This document shows, piece by piece, positions 28,898 through 39,545 of a DNA stretch of 64,000 nucleotides (position 1 is the first letter of the stretch; each line of letters starts with the position of its first letter). The notes beneath the pieces are model-generated. The model was not told where the DNA came from and searched no databases. It was given only the letters and a program-made list of their open reading frames with translations. Origin of the DNA: an uncultured Flavobacteriales bacterium (GTDB lineage Bacteria; Bacteroidota; Bacteroidia; Flavobacteriales_D; Crocinitomicaceae); contig OX044359.1 of the NCBI GenBank assembly GCA_943846635.1, forward strand, positions 529,689 to 593,688, given 5' to 3'. Position numbers and translations under genes: made by a program.

Positions 28898-30723
28898 TTT
28901 TTTCCTTCTTTCAAGAAATTTAATACTTCCCTAGTAATTTTTTGATGGTCTTGATGCGCTATACAATAAGGAGGGTTCACAAAAATTACATTCCCCAAAG
29001 GTCGCAATAATACACCTTTCTCTAAAAAGTAATCATATGCCTCGGTCTTCACATCAGAGAAATAAGTGTTACCCTCCCCTGTTTTCACTTCGAAAGCAAT
29101 GATTGTTCCTTGTTGCCTTATTTTCTCAACACAATCTAAAGTCGATAACTCTTTTGCAAAATCTTCATTCCATCCTTCAATAGCATCAATGTTTTCCCAT
29201 GTACTTCTTTTTTCAAATAAATCAAGATTCGCGCATGCGACAGCGCATGCGATTGGATTAGCTGTAAAAGAATGCCCGTGCAATAATGCTTTACCGACAT
29301 TTTCAGAGAGAAAAGCATCATATATTTTATCGGATGCAACTGTCAAGCCTAAGGCCATCACGCCAGCCGTTAATCCTTTTGATAAGGCAACAATATCCGG
29401 TTTATTTTCACAATGATCCATTGAGAATAACTTCCCTGTTCTGCCGAACCCAGTCATCACCTCATCAAAGATTACCAAAACGCCATATTGATGTGCTAAA
29501 GCTGTTAATTGATCCAAAAACTTCGCTGAATACATTCTCATACCTGCTGCTCCTTGCACTAAAGGCTCCACAATAACACCTGCAAAATTTCCTGATTCAA
29601 AAAGCGATTTAACGTGCTTTAAAATATCTTCTTCATTCTCCTGTGTTGGGAAATCAATGTAATCCACATCAAAGAAATACTGCTCGAAGGGTTTGTTGAA
29701 ATAACCTCTCTGACCTAAAGACATTGCACCAAAGGTATCTCCGTGATACGAACCTTGCATGGCCAAAAAGCGATTTTTATTTTCATCTCTATTGTAAAAG
29801 TATTGAATGACCATTTTGATGGCAATCTCCACTGCTGTAGAACCGTTATCTGAGAAGAAAACCTTCTGTAAATGATCTGGAAGAACATTTGTTATCCGTT
29901 CTGCTAATTCTACGGCTTTTGGATGTGTTACACCCGCAAAGACAATATGATCAATCTTTGAAAACTGCTCAGATATTGCTTTCCCAATATGAGGATGACC
30001 ATGACCATGTGTATTCACCCACCAAGATGAATTGGCATCAATGTATTTCTTCCCAGAAGCATCATATAAATTTACTCCTTCCGCCTTTACAATCTCCAAA
30101 TGATCTTTTGCCGAATGATGTTGTGTAAATGGGTGCCAAACATGATCCTTGTCCTTTTGAACGGTATCTTGTTTTGGCCTAATGTTTCTTTCTGTCCTTA
30201 AGATGGCATATTCATAGTTATCAGTCCATCCTTTTCGCAATGGAAGAATCTCTCTACAAATACCCTCTCTTATCATTCCAACTTTTTCAAGTACTCGAAT
30301 AGAACCAAGATTATCAATAGCACAACCTGCAGTAATTCTATGCAATTCAACCTGCTCAAAGCCAAAATCAAGGACTAAATTCAATGCTTCAGTGGCATAT
30401 CCTTTTGACCAAAGTTTCGGAAGAATTTTATACCAAACTTCTCCTCTTTGCTGTTTAAGAGAACCTTGATTGAGAGCAATAAGCCCAATAAAATTACCCT
30501 CCAAAGATTCAACGGTAAAAATATGATTGGTTACTTTCTTTACGCGCATCAAATCCAACCAATTTCTAAGAATTATTTTAGTTTCATTGATGTTTTTTGG
30601 AATACCAAGTGTATTAAACTCATCGGTCTCTGGAAAAGAATGTAATTCATGAATCTGCTCTAAGTCAGTTTTTGAAATTGGTCTTAGACGTATTCGATCT
30701 GATATTAATTCAATGCTTCCCAT
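28894..30723 (-). CDS. bioA: fusion protein: N-terminal RimJ/RimL-type GNAT acetyltransferase plus adenosylmethionine-8-amino-7-oxononanoate aminotransferase
   Basis: Residues 1 to about 185 are GNAT-like (IRLRPISKTDLEQIHELH ... GYATEALNLVLDFGF ... HRITAGC). The remaining roughly 425 aa are BioA-like (WHPFTQ, DEVMTGFGRTGKLFSMDH, LSKGLTAG). Sits next to bioD. Confidence 0.8.
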   Translation of the reverse strand: MGSIELISDRIRLRPISKTDLEQIHELHSFPETDEFNTLGIPKNINETKIILRNWLDLMRVKKVTNHIFTVESLEGNFIGLIALNQGSLKQQRGEVWYKILPKLWSKGYATEALNLVLDFGFEQVELHRITAGCAIDNLGSIRVLEKVGMIREGICREILPLRKGWTDNYEYAILRTERNIRPKQDTVQKDKDHVWHPFTQHHSAKDHLEIVKAEGVNLYDASGKKYIDANSSWWVNTHGHGHPHIGKAISEQFSKIDHIVFAGVTHPKAVELAERITNVLPDHLQKVFFSDNGSTAVEIAIKMVIQYFYNRDENKNRFLAMQGSYHGDTFGAMSLGQRGYFNKPFEQYFFDVDYIDFPTQENEEDILKHVKSLFESGNFAGVIVEPLVQGAAGMRMYSAKFLDQLTALAHQYGVLVIFDEVMTGFGRTGKLFSMDHCENKPDIVALSKGLTAGVMALGLTVASDKIYDAFLSENVGKALLHGHSFTANPIACAVACANLDLFEKRSTWENIDAIEGWNEDFAKELSTLDCVEKIRQQGTIIAFEVKTGEGNTYFSDVKTEAYDYFLEKGVLLRPLGNVIFVNPPYCIAHQDHQKITREVLNFLKEGKN

Positions 30724-31369
30724 AAACCAATGTTCTATTCAAAAGTTCCGCTTGTTCCTTAATAAAAACTTTATCTATAATGTCGACTTCTGGAATTCTA
30801 GCTAGAAATTTTAGCTCCGTTATGGACAAAATAACATCCTCTGTTGCTTTATTTTCATCACCTACGAAGATAATACCTTCAATTGTAATGTTTCTATTCT
30901 TCAGAACCTCCACTGAAAGTAAAGTGTGATTTATACTTCCTAAATAGTGCCTCGAAACAAGAATTACAGGTAAACGAAACTCCTTCATTAAATCTACAAG
31001 TAATAACCCGTTAGAATTAATAGGAACCATCATCCCACCAGCTCCTTCAACTATTAAGTTACCATTTACATTTGGTAAACGAAAATCACCAATCGTAATT
31101 TCTACTTTATCAATTTTTGCAGCAGCATGCGGCGACATTGGTTGTGAAAGTTTAACGCCCTCATCCAAGACAGACACATTATCCGTCAAGTTCTTGATTT
31201 TTATTGAGTCAGAATTATCTAAATCTCCAGCTTGAATTGGTTTCCAATAAGAAGCCTGAAGTGCTTCAGATACAATTGCGCTGACAACCGTTTTACCGAC
31301 ATCTGTGCCTATCCCGGTGATGAAATAGTGATGACTCTTTATCGAATTCTTTGCAAATTTATTCATCAT
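30710..31369 (-). CDS. bioD: dethiobiotin synthase
   Basis: P-loop ITGIGTDVGKT. 219 aa. Overlaps the bioA fusion start. Confidence 0.85.
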   Translation of the reverse strand: MMNKFAKNSIKSHHYFITGIGTDVGKTVVSAIVSEALQASYWKPIQAGDLDNSDSIKIKNLTDNVSVLDEGVKLSQPMSPHAAAKIDKVEITIGDFRLPNVNGNLIVEGAGGMMVPINSNGLLLVDLMKEFRLPVILVSRHYLGSINHTLLSVEVLKNRNITIEGIIFVGDENKATEDVILSITELKFLARIPEVDIIDKVFIKEQAELLNRTLVYGKH

Positions 31370-31392
31370 CCTTGATTATAAACACCTGAACA

Positions 31393-33831
31393 CTAGCGTA
31401 ACTCGGCTCCTAATTTTGTTTCCAAAGAAGCACGGATTTTATCCATAATGGTATCGACTTGTTGATCCTTTAAAGTTTTCTCCGCATCTTGGAACTTAAA
31501 TGAAACCGCATAAGATTTCTTTCCTTCCGCTAAGTTTTTCCCTTCGTAGACATCGAACAAGCCAACTTCCTTTAATATTTTCTTATCACAAGCTTTTGCC
31601 AATTCTTCAATCTCTCCAAACGTAATTTTAGAATCTAACAATAACGAGAAATCTCTACGAACTGCAAATGTTTTCGGCAACTCTGTGTATTTCACTTTTG
31701 AGAATTTTAAGCTATCCAATATTTTATCCCAATCTAAATCTGCTATAAAAACGTCATCCTTAATACCGAAATGCTTTTTCATTTTTGGAGAAGCCCATCC
31801 AATTTCTCCTACTTTATTCTTCAAAACAAATAATTGAACACCATCTTGAAGCAATGAATTCTTTAAAGCTTTTTCCTTCAACATATCAGATACGCCCAAT
31901 CTCGCAAGCACTGTTTTAGCAATGCCTTTGATTGTATAATAGGTCATTGAATCGTTTGAAGAATTCCAACTTTCTTTTTCTTTCTTCCCAGAAATTGCAA
32001 TCATCAATCGTTTGTTCTCTGAATATCCAGAATCAAATTTATGGTACGTTTTACCGAACTCATACAATTTCAAATCAGCATTTTGTCTGTTCTGATTATG
32101 AGCGATCATCTCCATCGCATTGAAAATCATTGATTGACGCATCACGTCCAAATCAATACTCAATGGATTTAGCATTTCTACATTACGCTCAGGGTTGATT
32201 ACATCACCACCTAATTTCTTAGAATAATCTGATTTTGTCAATGAATTATTCAACGTTTCAACGAATCCTTGCCCAACTAACATTTCTGAAACTACCGTTT
32301 GAACTTTTTCAATGTCAGGTTTTACGAAATAAGAAACCGTTGAATTTAACTTCGCAGGTATTGGCACATTATTGAAACCGTATATTCTTAAAATTTCTTC
32401 AATGACATCCGCTTCTCGCGTCACATCTACTCGGTACGCTGGAATTTTTAATGTTAAGTCTTTTCCTTTCTTTTCTAGAGTATCAATGTCCAAGTTCTTC
32501 AGGATAGCATCCACCATTTCTTCAGAAATTGTATGACCTATTAGGCGATTAGATCTTTCATAGTTGAAATCTATCGTCCAATCTGCGATTGGCTTTTTGT
32601 TCGTATCGACAATATCCATTGCAATTTTTCCGCCTGCCACTTCTTGAATTAGCAAAGCCGCGCGCTTTAGAGCGTAATCTGTTAAATTAGGATCTACTCC
32701 TCTTTCAAATCGGAAAGAAGCATCTGTATTCAAGGCATGCATTTTAGCTGTCTTACGAACAGACACTGCATTAAAATAAGCCGATTCTAAAAACACATTC
32801 GTTGAAGTATTACTAATCCCAGAATTTAATCCTCCTAAAACACCTGCAATACACAAGTTATCATCTCCGTTTGTAATCATCAAATTCTCCGAAGATAATT
32901 CTCTTTCTACCCCGTCTAGTGTAGTGAACTTCTCTTTATTCTTAGCCGTTTTAACCACTAATTTACCGTTCAATTTATCTGCATCAAACGCATGTAGAGG
33001 CGTTCCTAGTTCGTGCATTACGAAATTGGTAACATCAACTACATTATTTATAGGCGATAACCCTATTGAGCGCAATCTTTTCTGCAACCAAGCTGGAGAA
33101 GGGCCAACTTTAACTCCTTGAATTGAAGTCCCCATATAACGCGGGCATAATTCATTGTCCTCTACAGAAACTGTAATTTGAAGATCATTGTTATCAACTT
33201 TAAACGCCTCCACAGAAGGAAAATTCAATGCAAGATTTCCATTCTCATGTACATTTAAATAGGCAACCAAATCCCTAGCTACGCCAACATGCCCCATAGC
33301 GTCTGATCGATTTGGTGTCAGCCCAATTTCTATTTCGTAGTCATCTTCTAATTGAAAATAAGTTGCTGCTTTAGTTCCGACCGGGACATCGTCCTCTAGG
33401 ACTAAAATTCCGTCGTGAGAAGTTCCTAATCCTAATTCATCTTCTGCGCAAATCATTCCAAAAGATTCAACACCTCTAATTTTTGATTTCTTTATTTTGA
33501 AAGGTTCTTCTGGAGTCGGATAAAGTGTGCAGCCCACTGTTGCTACAATTACTTTTTGACCAACAGCCAAGTTTTCTGCTCCACAAACAATTTGCAGTGG
33601 CTCCATTTCCAAATTCACAGAAACCGAAGCGACATTCAAACGGTCAGCATCTGGGTGTTTCTCTTTTGTTAAAACTTCTCCAACAAAAACACCACTCAAA
33701 CCACCTTTTACACCTTCCTTTTTATGTAAGCCCTCTACCTCAAGACCTGTATCAGTTAGTATTTCGGAAGCTCGTTCGGCTTTTAAGTCAATGTTCACGT
33801 ATTGTTTGATCCAGCTATATGAAACCTTCAT
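31393..33831 (-). CDS. pheT: phenylalanine--tRNA ligase beta subunit
   Basis: 812 aa. N-terminal tRNA-binding domain (HPDADRLNV), then B3/4, B5 and a C-terminal FDX-ACB-like region. Confidence 0.95.
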   Translation of the reverse strand: MKVSYSWIKQYVNIDLKAERASEILTDTGLEVEGLHKKEGVKGGLSGVFVGEVLTKEKHPDADRLNVASVSVNLEMEPLQIVCGAENLAVGQKVIVATVGCTLYPTPEEPFKIKKSKIRGVESFGMICAEDELGLGTSHDGILVLEDDVPVGTKAATYFQLEDDYEIEIGLTPNRSDAMGHVGVARDLVAYLNVHENGNLALNFPSVEAFKVDNNDLQITVSVEDNELCPRYMGTSIQGVKVGPSPAWLQKRLRSIGLSPINNVVDVTNFVMHELGTPLHAFDADKLNGKLVVKTAKNKEKFTTLDGVERELSSENLMITNGDDNLCIAGVLGGLNSGISNTSTNVFLESAYFNAVSVRKTAKMHALNTDASFRFERGVDPNLTDYALKRAALLIQEVAGGKIAMDIVDTNKKPIADWTIDFNYERSNRLIGHTISEEMVDAILKNLDIDTLEKKGKDLTLKIPAYRVDVTREADVIEEILRIYGFNNVPIPAKLNSTVSYFVKPDIEKVQTVVSEMLVGQGFVETLNNSLTKSDYSKKLGGDVINPERNVEMLNPLSIDLDVMRQSMIFNAMEMIAHNQNRQNADLKLYEFGKTYHKFDSGYSENKRLMIAISGKKEKESWNSSNDSMTYYTIKGIAKTVLARLGVSDMLKEKALKNSLLQDGVQLFVLKNKVGEIGWASPKMKKHFGIKDDVFIADLDWDKILDSLKFSKVKYTELPKTFAVRRDFSLLLDSKITFGEIEELAKACDKKILKEVGLFDVYEGKNLAEGKKSYAVSFKFQDAEKTLKDQQVDTIMDKIRASLETKLGAELR

Positions 33832-33889
33832 AATTATCTTTTAAATATTCAAATGAAATCAATGTTATTCCATTATTTTCAAAACAATA

Positions 33890-33897
33890 CAAAGTTA
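33890..33897 (-). promoter_or_regulatory. candidate -7 box (TAACTTTG) upstream of pheT
   Basis: TAnnTTTG match on the minus strand, 59 nt upstream of the pheT start. Confidence 0.3.
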
Positions 33898-34054
33898 GGA
33901 AAATATCCAATTTAATTAGGGGATTGCTAATCATAATATCAGCTTCAGTAGAATGAAATTCTTTGAGTAAGAAAAGAGCTATTCCGAAGACCTTTTAACA
34001 TTCATTTCTTGATGCAACCAACTATTTTCCCGTTTTTTGTAGAAACTATATTTT

Positions 34055-36451
34055 GTGAAATTATTTTACTCTATACTATTTCTACTACTATGCCTTAGCG
34101 CTTCTGCTCAAGACAATTATACATTAAGTGGGTACGTCACAAATGCTCAAGATGGAGAAACGATGATCGGTGTTAAAGTTTTTATCCCTTCCATCCAAAA
34201 AGGAGCCATTACCAATAACTATGGATTCTATTCATTAACAGTGCCCAAAGGAGTTTATTTTGTAGAATTTAGAGTTGGTGGTCAAGAAACCGAAACAAAA
34301 GAGTTGGACATTAGTAAGGACTTGCGATTTGATTTTGAAATAGGCTCTAATTTTCAGAACATTGAAGAAGTTGTTGTGGACGGGAAAGCAGAAGACAATG
34401 TTAAAAGCACAAAATTAGGACAAATAGAATTAGACATAGATGATGTTAAAAAGCTACCCGCTTTTATGGGAGAAGTTGACATTATAAAAACAATCCAACT
34501 TTTACCTGGAGTTTCTTCCGCGGCAGAAGGTGGGCAAGGATTCTATGTTCGCGGTGGTGGGCCAGATCAAAACTTGGTGTTACTGGATGAGGCTGTGGTA
34601 TACAATGCAGCGCATTTGTTTGGGTTCTTCTCTGTCTTCAATGCGGATGCTGTAAAAAGTGTCAACCTCATAAAAGGAGGAATGCCTGCTAATTTTGGAG
34701 GAAGAATGTCATCAGTATTAGAGGTCAATATGAATGAAGGAAATAAGAAACGATTGGCTGTGAAAGGTGGTATTGGAGCTATTTCCTCAAGACTAACTGT
34801 AGAAGGCCCCTTGAAAAAGGACAAAGGCTCATTCATTGTTTCTGCAAGAAGAACTTACATCGATGTGATTATGAAAGCCGCAATTCCGGAAAGTTCCCCC
34901 TTCTCTGGATCAAGTTACTTTTTCTATGATATGAATGCCAAGCTAAATTATACATTGGGAAAAAAAGACAAAATTTTCTTAAGTGGCTATTACGGTAAAG
35001 ATGAATTCAGCTTTGGAAATACTGACGACAACTTTCAGGTTGACATGCCCTGGGGAAATGGTATTGCCGCATTGCGATGGAATCACATTTTCAATAGTAA
35101 ATTATTCATGAATGTAACTTCCACTGTTACAGACTATCAATTCAGCTTCATTTCTGCTCAAGATGAATTTCGTTTCATCTTGAATTCAGGAATTAGAGAT
35201 TTTGGAGGAAAAATTGATTTCACTTACTTTCCAAACACCAGACACAAGGTCAAATTCGGGTTGGATTATATCAACCACACTTTCACACCAGTGAGTGTTT
35301 CTGCAGAAAATGATGAAACAGTTTTTGATACAGGGACTGCTCAGAAACTGAAAAGTCACGAGTCGGCTGCTTATGTCTTGGATGAATTTGATTTAACAGA
35401 GAATATTCGATTTAACGCTGGATTGCGCTATAGCATGTTTCAACATGTGGGCCCTTTTACGAGATTCATTCCAGGGGATATCAGTACACCGGACAGTTCA
35501 ATCACTTATAACAAAGGTGACATCATTCAATTTTATCATGGTATAGAACCTCGTATTTCTATGCGTTGGTCACTCCCAGATAACAGTTCGATTAAAGCGG
35601 GTTACTCGTTTAATTATCAATACGTTCACTTGACATCATTAAGCGCTGTTTCATTGCCTACAGATATATGGTACCCAACGACAAATCTTGCAAAACCTCA
35701 GCGAGGATGGCAGACTTCTTTAGGATATTTCAAAAACTTCTTAAATAATAAACTAGAGACATCCGTTGAAGTATATTATAAAGGAATGGACAACCTGATT
35801 GAATATAAAGAGGGAGCACTTCCTGGAGACAACATCAATAATAATACGGACAATTTACTTGTTTTTGGTAAAGGATGGAGTTATGGTATTGAATTTTTCA
35901 TCAAGAAAACCGCAGGTAAATTTACAGGATGGGCTGGATATACTTTAAGCAAAACAGATCGTTTGTTCGCTGACATAAATGATGGGAATCCTTACCCGGC
36001 GAAATACGACAGACGCCATGACCTTTCTATTGTTGGAATGTATACCTTAAACAAACGTTGGGTATTCAGTGCTGCTTTCATTTACGCAACGGGAAACACT
36101 TTGACTTTGCCAACTTCATGGTATGTCCAAAATCAAGATTTACTGTTTAATTACGGAGCAAGAAACTCCACAAGAATGGCTCCTTATCATCGTTTAGATA
36201 TTTCAGCGACATGGTATGGAAAAGAATATAAGGATAAAACAGATTTGGAAACAGGAGAAATTATTCAAGTAAAGAAGAAACTAAAAACGAACATTGCTTT
36301 CTCAATTTACAATGTTTATAATAGGTCTAACCCTTATTTCTTATATGTAGATAATGATGGCGATTTTTTAGCCGGTGACTTTGAAATTAAAGTTAAACAA
36401 GTGACTTTATTCCCAATCATTCCTAGTGTAACGTGGAACTTTGAATTTTAG
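34055..36451 (+). CDS. TonB-dependent receptor with a carboxypeptidase-regulatory-like N-terminal domain
   Basis: GTG start and signal peptide. CarboxypepD_reg-like YTLSGYVTNAQDGETMIGVKVF. Plug motif DIIKTIQLLPGV. Terminal aromatic residue (NFEF). Confidence 0.85.
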   Translation: MKLFYSILFLLLCLSASAQDNYTLSGYVTNAQDGETMIGVKVFIPSIQKGAITNNYGFYSLTVPKGVYFVEFRVGGQETETKELDISKDLRFDFEIGSNFQNIEEVVVDGKAEDNVKSTKLGQIELDIDDVKKLPAFMGEVDIIKTIQLLPGVSSAAEGGQGFYVRGGGPDQNLVLLDEAVVYNAAHLFGFFSVFNADAVKSVNLIKGGMPANFGGRMSSVLEVNMNEGNKKRLAVKGGIGAISSRLTVEGPLKKDKGSFIVSARRTYIDVIMKAAIPESSPFSGSSYFFYDMNAKLNYTLGKKDKIFLSGYYGKDEFSFGNTDDNFQVDMPWGNGIAALRWNHIFNSKLFMNVTSTVTDYQFSFISAQDEFRFILNSGIRDFGGKIDFTYFPNTRHKVKFGLDYINHTFTPVSVSAENDETVFDTGTAQKLKSHESAAYVLDEFDLTENIRFNAGLRYSMFQHVGPFTRFIPGDISTPDSSITYNKGDIIQFYHGIEPRISMRWSLPDNSSIKAGYSFNYQYVHLTSLSAVSLPTDIWYPTTNLAKPQRGWQTSLGYFKNFLNNKLETSVEVYYKGMDNLIEYKEGALPGDNINNNTDNLLVFGKGWSYGIEFFIKKTAGKFTGWAGYTLSKTDRLFADINDGNPYPAKYDRRHDLSIVGMYTLNKRWVFSAAFIYATGNTLTLPTSWYVQNQDLLFNYGARNSTRMAPYHRLDISATWYGKEYKDKTDLETGEIIQVKKKLKTNIAFSIYNVYNRSNPYFLYVDNDGDFLAGDFEIKVKQVTLFPIIPSVTWNFEF

Positions 36452-37403
36452 ATTTATGAAAAATACATTTATACTTTTTTGTGCTATTCTAATTACTTTT
36501 TCTTGTACCAAAGAAGTCGTGATAGATATTCCTGGATTTGAAGATCAGTTGGTCATTGATGGAAGCATAGAAACAGGGCAACCCCCATTTGTTTTGATTT
36601 CAAGATCAAAGGATATTTATGCTCCTACTGACTTACAAGCATTTTTTAATTCTTTTGTCTCCGGCGCCCAATTGACAGTTTCTGATGGCACAACGACATT
36701 TGACTTGATTGAAGTTTGTTCGAATAATTTACCTCCAGGGTCGGAAGCAACGGTCGCAGCATTATTGGGTGTTTCTGTTGCTGAATTAGCGAATATTCAA
36801 ATTTGTGGGTACACTTCGTTAGATCCATTAATATTTGGGCAAATTGGTAAGACCTATACATTAACTGTAACGAATGAGGGAGAAACATATACTGGAGTTA
36901 CGGAAATTGTCGAGCCTACCCCATTGTCAAACCTATACTGGAAACCTGATGGCGATCTTACTACACATGGTTATGCTTGGGCAACTTTATCTGACCCTGC
37001 CAATCAGTTTGATGGTTACAAATGGGAAGCTCAACGCATCAATACCGATATAAATGGGGACTTATTGGATGTCAGCTTTATTGAGCCCTTCAGCCCCGTT
37101 TTTGACGATCAATTTTTTGATGGACTAACCTTTGATTTCTTTTATGACAACCCTCAAGGATACGAGGATGGTGTATTGGAAGATGAGGCTGGTCTATACG
37201 CTTTAGGCGACACAGTAGTAATTAAGTTCTCCAAAATGGACAGGAACCTATATGAATTTATGGAGAAAAAATACACTCAATTGTCAACTGCCGGAAATCC
37301 ATTTGCAACACCAACGAACATACCAAACAACCTATCTGGAGGAGCTTTGGGAGTTTGGGCCGGTTACTCTCCAAGTATTGATACTTTAATTTGTCAACCC
37401 TAG
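36441..37403 (+). CDS. DUF4249-like lipoprotein, partner of the TonB-dependent receptor
   Basis: Lipobox ILITFSC; the real start is probably MKNTF at 36456. Sits immediately downstream of, and overlapping, the receptor gene. Confidence 0.6.
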   Translation: MNFRFMKNTFILFCAILITFSCTKEVVIDIPGFEDQLVIDGSIETGQPPFVLISRSKDIYAPTDLQAFFNSFVSGAQLTVSDGTTTFDLIEVCSNNLPPGSEATVAALLGVSVAELANIQICGYTSLDPLIFGQIGKTYTLTVTNEGETYTGVTEIVEPTPLSNLYWKPDGDLTTHGYAWATLSDPANQFDGYKWEAQRINTDINGDLLDVSFIEPFSPVFDDQFFDGLTFDFFYDNPQGYEDGVLEDEAGLYALGDTVVIKFSKMDRNLYEFMEKKYTQLSTAGNPFATPTNIPNNLSGGALGVWAGYSPSIDTLICQP

Positions 37404-37439
37404 ACTGTAAGCTAATATCTTTTAACTCGTCCTAGACTA

Positions 37440-37928
37440 ATGAAATTAACACTGCTCGTTTTCACTCTATTTTTTATCTCAATCTCTTTTGGTCAATCAA
37501 AAGAATACACAAAAATGCTGTCCAAATATTATAACGATTTCCCGACAGTAACAATCAAAGAAGCGTCTAAAATTCTTGAAACAAACGGCGCTATTTTTCT
37601 TGATATTCGTGAAGAAAGTGAATTCAATGTAAGTCATATCAAATATGCTCGCAGAATGAATCCAGATGGATCAGGAATTAAATCTTTAAAGGGAATTGAC
37701 AAGTCTACAAAAATTATTGTCTATTGTAGTATTGGAGCTAGAAGCCAATCCTACGGAGAAATGCTGGTTAAAAAAGGTTATACCAATGTACACAATATGT
37801 ACGGTGGAATATTTCATTGGGCAAACTCAAATTTACCAGTCGTTGACATGTATAATCAATCAACAAAGAAAGTCCATGGCTATAATGCCGATTGGGGGAA
37901 ATGGCTGAATAAAAACGCTGTTTACTAA
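37440..37928 (+). CDS. rhodanese-domain sulfurtransferase (secreted)
   Basis: Signal peptide. Active-site loop YCSIGARS. Confidence 0.8.
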   Translation: MKLTLLVFTLFFISISFGQSKEYTKMLSKYYNDFPTVTIKEASKILETNGAIFLDIREESEFNVSHIKYARRMNPDGSGIKSLKGIDKSTKIIVYCSIGARSQSYGEMLVKKGYTNVHNMYGGIFHWANSNLPVVDMYNQSTKKVHGYNADWGKWLNKNAVY

Positions 37929-37937
37929 ACGAAATCC

Positions 37938-38549
37938 ATGTCTAAAAATCTATTGATCGTATTCGCCAAGAATATTAAACTTGGAAAAGTTAAAACTCGA
38001 TTAGCAAAAACTGTTGGTGATGATGCAGCATTCGATGTATATAAACACCTCGTGGAACTTACAGAAAAGCAGACAGAAAAATTAGAAAATTGTGATATTC
38101 ACATCCATTTTTCTGATGCTATTATTAGCAATAAATGGGTTAACAAAGAGAAGTTTGTTCAAAGGGGTAGTGATTTAGGAGAAAGGATGCGAAATGCTTT
38201 TATGGATAGTTTTGACAAAGACTATGAGAAAATAATTGGAGTGGGTACTGATTTACCTGATCTAAATGCAGAAATAATGCAAGCCGGATTAAACGCTTTA
38301 AAAAACAATGACTGTGTGTTTGGGCCCGCCGAGGATGGCGGTTATTATCTAATCGGAATGACTAAAATGATTCCATGCATATTTGAAGATAAGCCATGGA
38401 GTCAAGATGGGCTATTGGACATCACAATTGCTCAACTTCTTCAAAAAGGATACACGGTAAAGACGCTAACCGAACTCAACGACATTGATAACATTAATGA
38501 TTTGAGGGCATCAAGTATCGCAGAAAATTTTGCTCACCTGTTAAAGTGA
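37938..38549 (+). CDS. DUF2064 / TIGR04282-family glycosyltransferase-like protein
   Basis: Motifs LLIVFAKNIKLGKVKTRL and GPAEDGGYYLIGM match this family as I recall it. Confidence 0.65.
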   Translation: MSKNLLIVFAKNIKLGKVKTRLAKTVGDDAAFDVYKHLVELTEKQTEKLENCDIHIHFSDAIISNKWVNKEKFVQRGSDLGERMRNAFMDSFDKDYEKIIGVGTDLPDLNAEIMQAGLNALKNNDCVFGPAEDGGYYLIGMTKMIPCIFEDKPWSQDGLLDITIAQLLQKGYTVKTLTELNDIDNINDLRASSIAENFAHLLK

Positions 38550-38564
38550 TTTCTATTTTTCTGC

Positions 38565-39530
38565 TTAGTAATACTCTTCTTTACTCAAGTAGTTGGTGAC
38601 GTAATCAGCAACACCTTCCTCCAAAGTATGAAATCCTTTATCAAAACCAGAATCAATCAACTTCGTCATATCTGCCTCCGTGAAGTATTGATACTTATCT
38701 CGAATATCCGCTGGAGTATCAATAAATGAGATATTCTCCTTAACCCCCATTGCTTTAAACGTATTCTTCACTAAGTCTAAAAATGTTCTGGAAGTTCCTG
38801 TTCCAAGGTTATAAATTCCAGATTCTGGTGAAGAATCCATTAGATAATGACAAACTTCAACAACATCCTTTACGTAAACAAAATCTCTTAATTGTCCTCC
38901 ATCCGTATATTCTGGATTGTGAGAACGGAATAACTTCATCCCTTCGGTCTCACGAATTTGTTTAAAAGCATGAAAAATGACAGAAGCCATCCTTCCTTTA
39001 TGAAATTCATTTGGTCCATATACATTGAAGAATTTCAATCCAGCCCAGAAAGGAGGGAATTCTGTTTGTGTCAGCACCCATTTATCAAAGTCATTCTTTG
39101 AGTCTCCATAGGGATTCAATGGAACTAATTTATCAATGACAGCGTGATCATCTTTGTACCCGTGCTCTCCCAATCCGTATGTTGCAGCAGAACTAGCATA
39201 CACCAATGGGATTTTATATTGAACACATAAATTCCAAACATCCTTGGAATAATTTAGATTCAACTTATTAAAAATCTCAACATCAAACTCAGTCGTATCA
39301 GTTCTAGCGCCTATGTGATAAACGAATTCTACTTCTTCACCGAATTCACTCAGCCATTGCACAAAATCTTCCCTTCCAACCTTTGCAATTAATGTTTTGT
39401 CGAATAAGTTGTCATCTTTCTCTGTTTTTGAAAAATCATCTACGACTACGATATTATTATATCCCGCTTTATTCAAACGACTTACTAGGCAACTACCAAT
39501 AAAGCCTGCTGCACCTGTAACTACTATCAT
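38565..39530 (-). CDS. NAD-dependent epimerase/dehydratase (HldD/RfaD-like)
   Basis: Rossmann motif VTGAAGFIGS, SSAATYG and YGDSK (YxxxK). 321 aa. Confidence 0.8.
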   Translation of the reverse strand: MIVVTGAAGFIGSCLVSRLNKAGYNNIVVVDDFSKTEKDDNLFDKTLIAKVGREDFVQWLSEFGEEVEFVYHIGARTDTTEFDVEIFNKLNLNYSKDVWNLCVQYKIPLVYASSAATYGLGEHGYKDDHAVIDKLVPLNPYGDSKNDFDKWVLTQTEFPPFWAGLKFFNVYGPNEFHKGRMASVIFHAFKQIRETEGMKLFRSHNPEYTDGGQLRDFVYVKDVVEVCHYLMDSSPESGIYNLGTGTSRTFLDLVKNTFKAMGVKENISFIDTPADIRDKYQYFTEADMTKLIDSGFDKGFHTLEEGVADYVTNYLSKEEYY

Positions 39531-39545
39531 TAAGTTCTTTTTAAT

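Noticed and set aside
33832-34054. Possible cobalamin or other riboswitch upstream of the TonB-dependent receptor
   Set aside because: No B12-box-like GCCACTG motif and no extended GC-rich pairing. It looks like a plain divergent promoter region.
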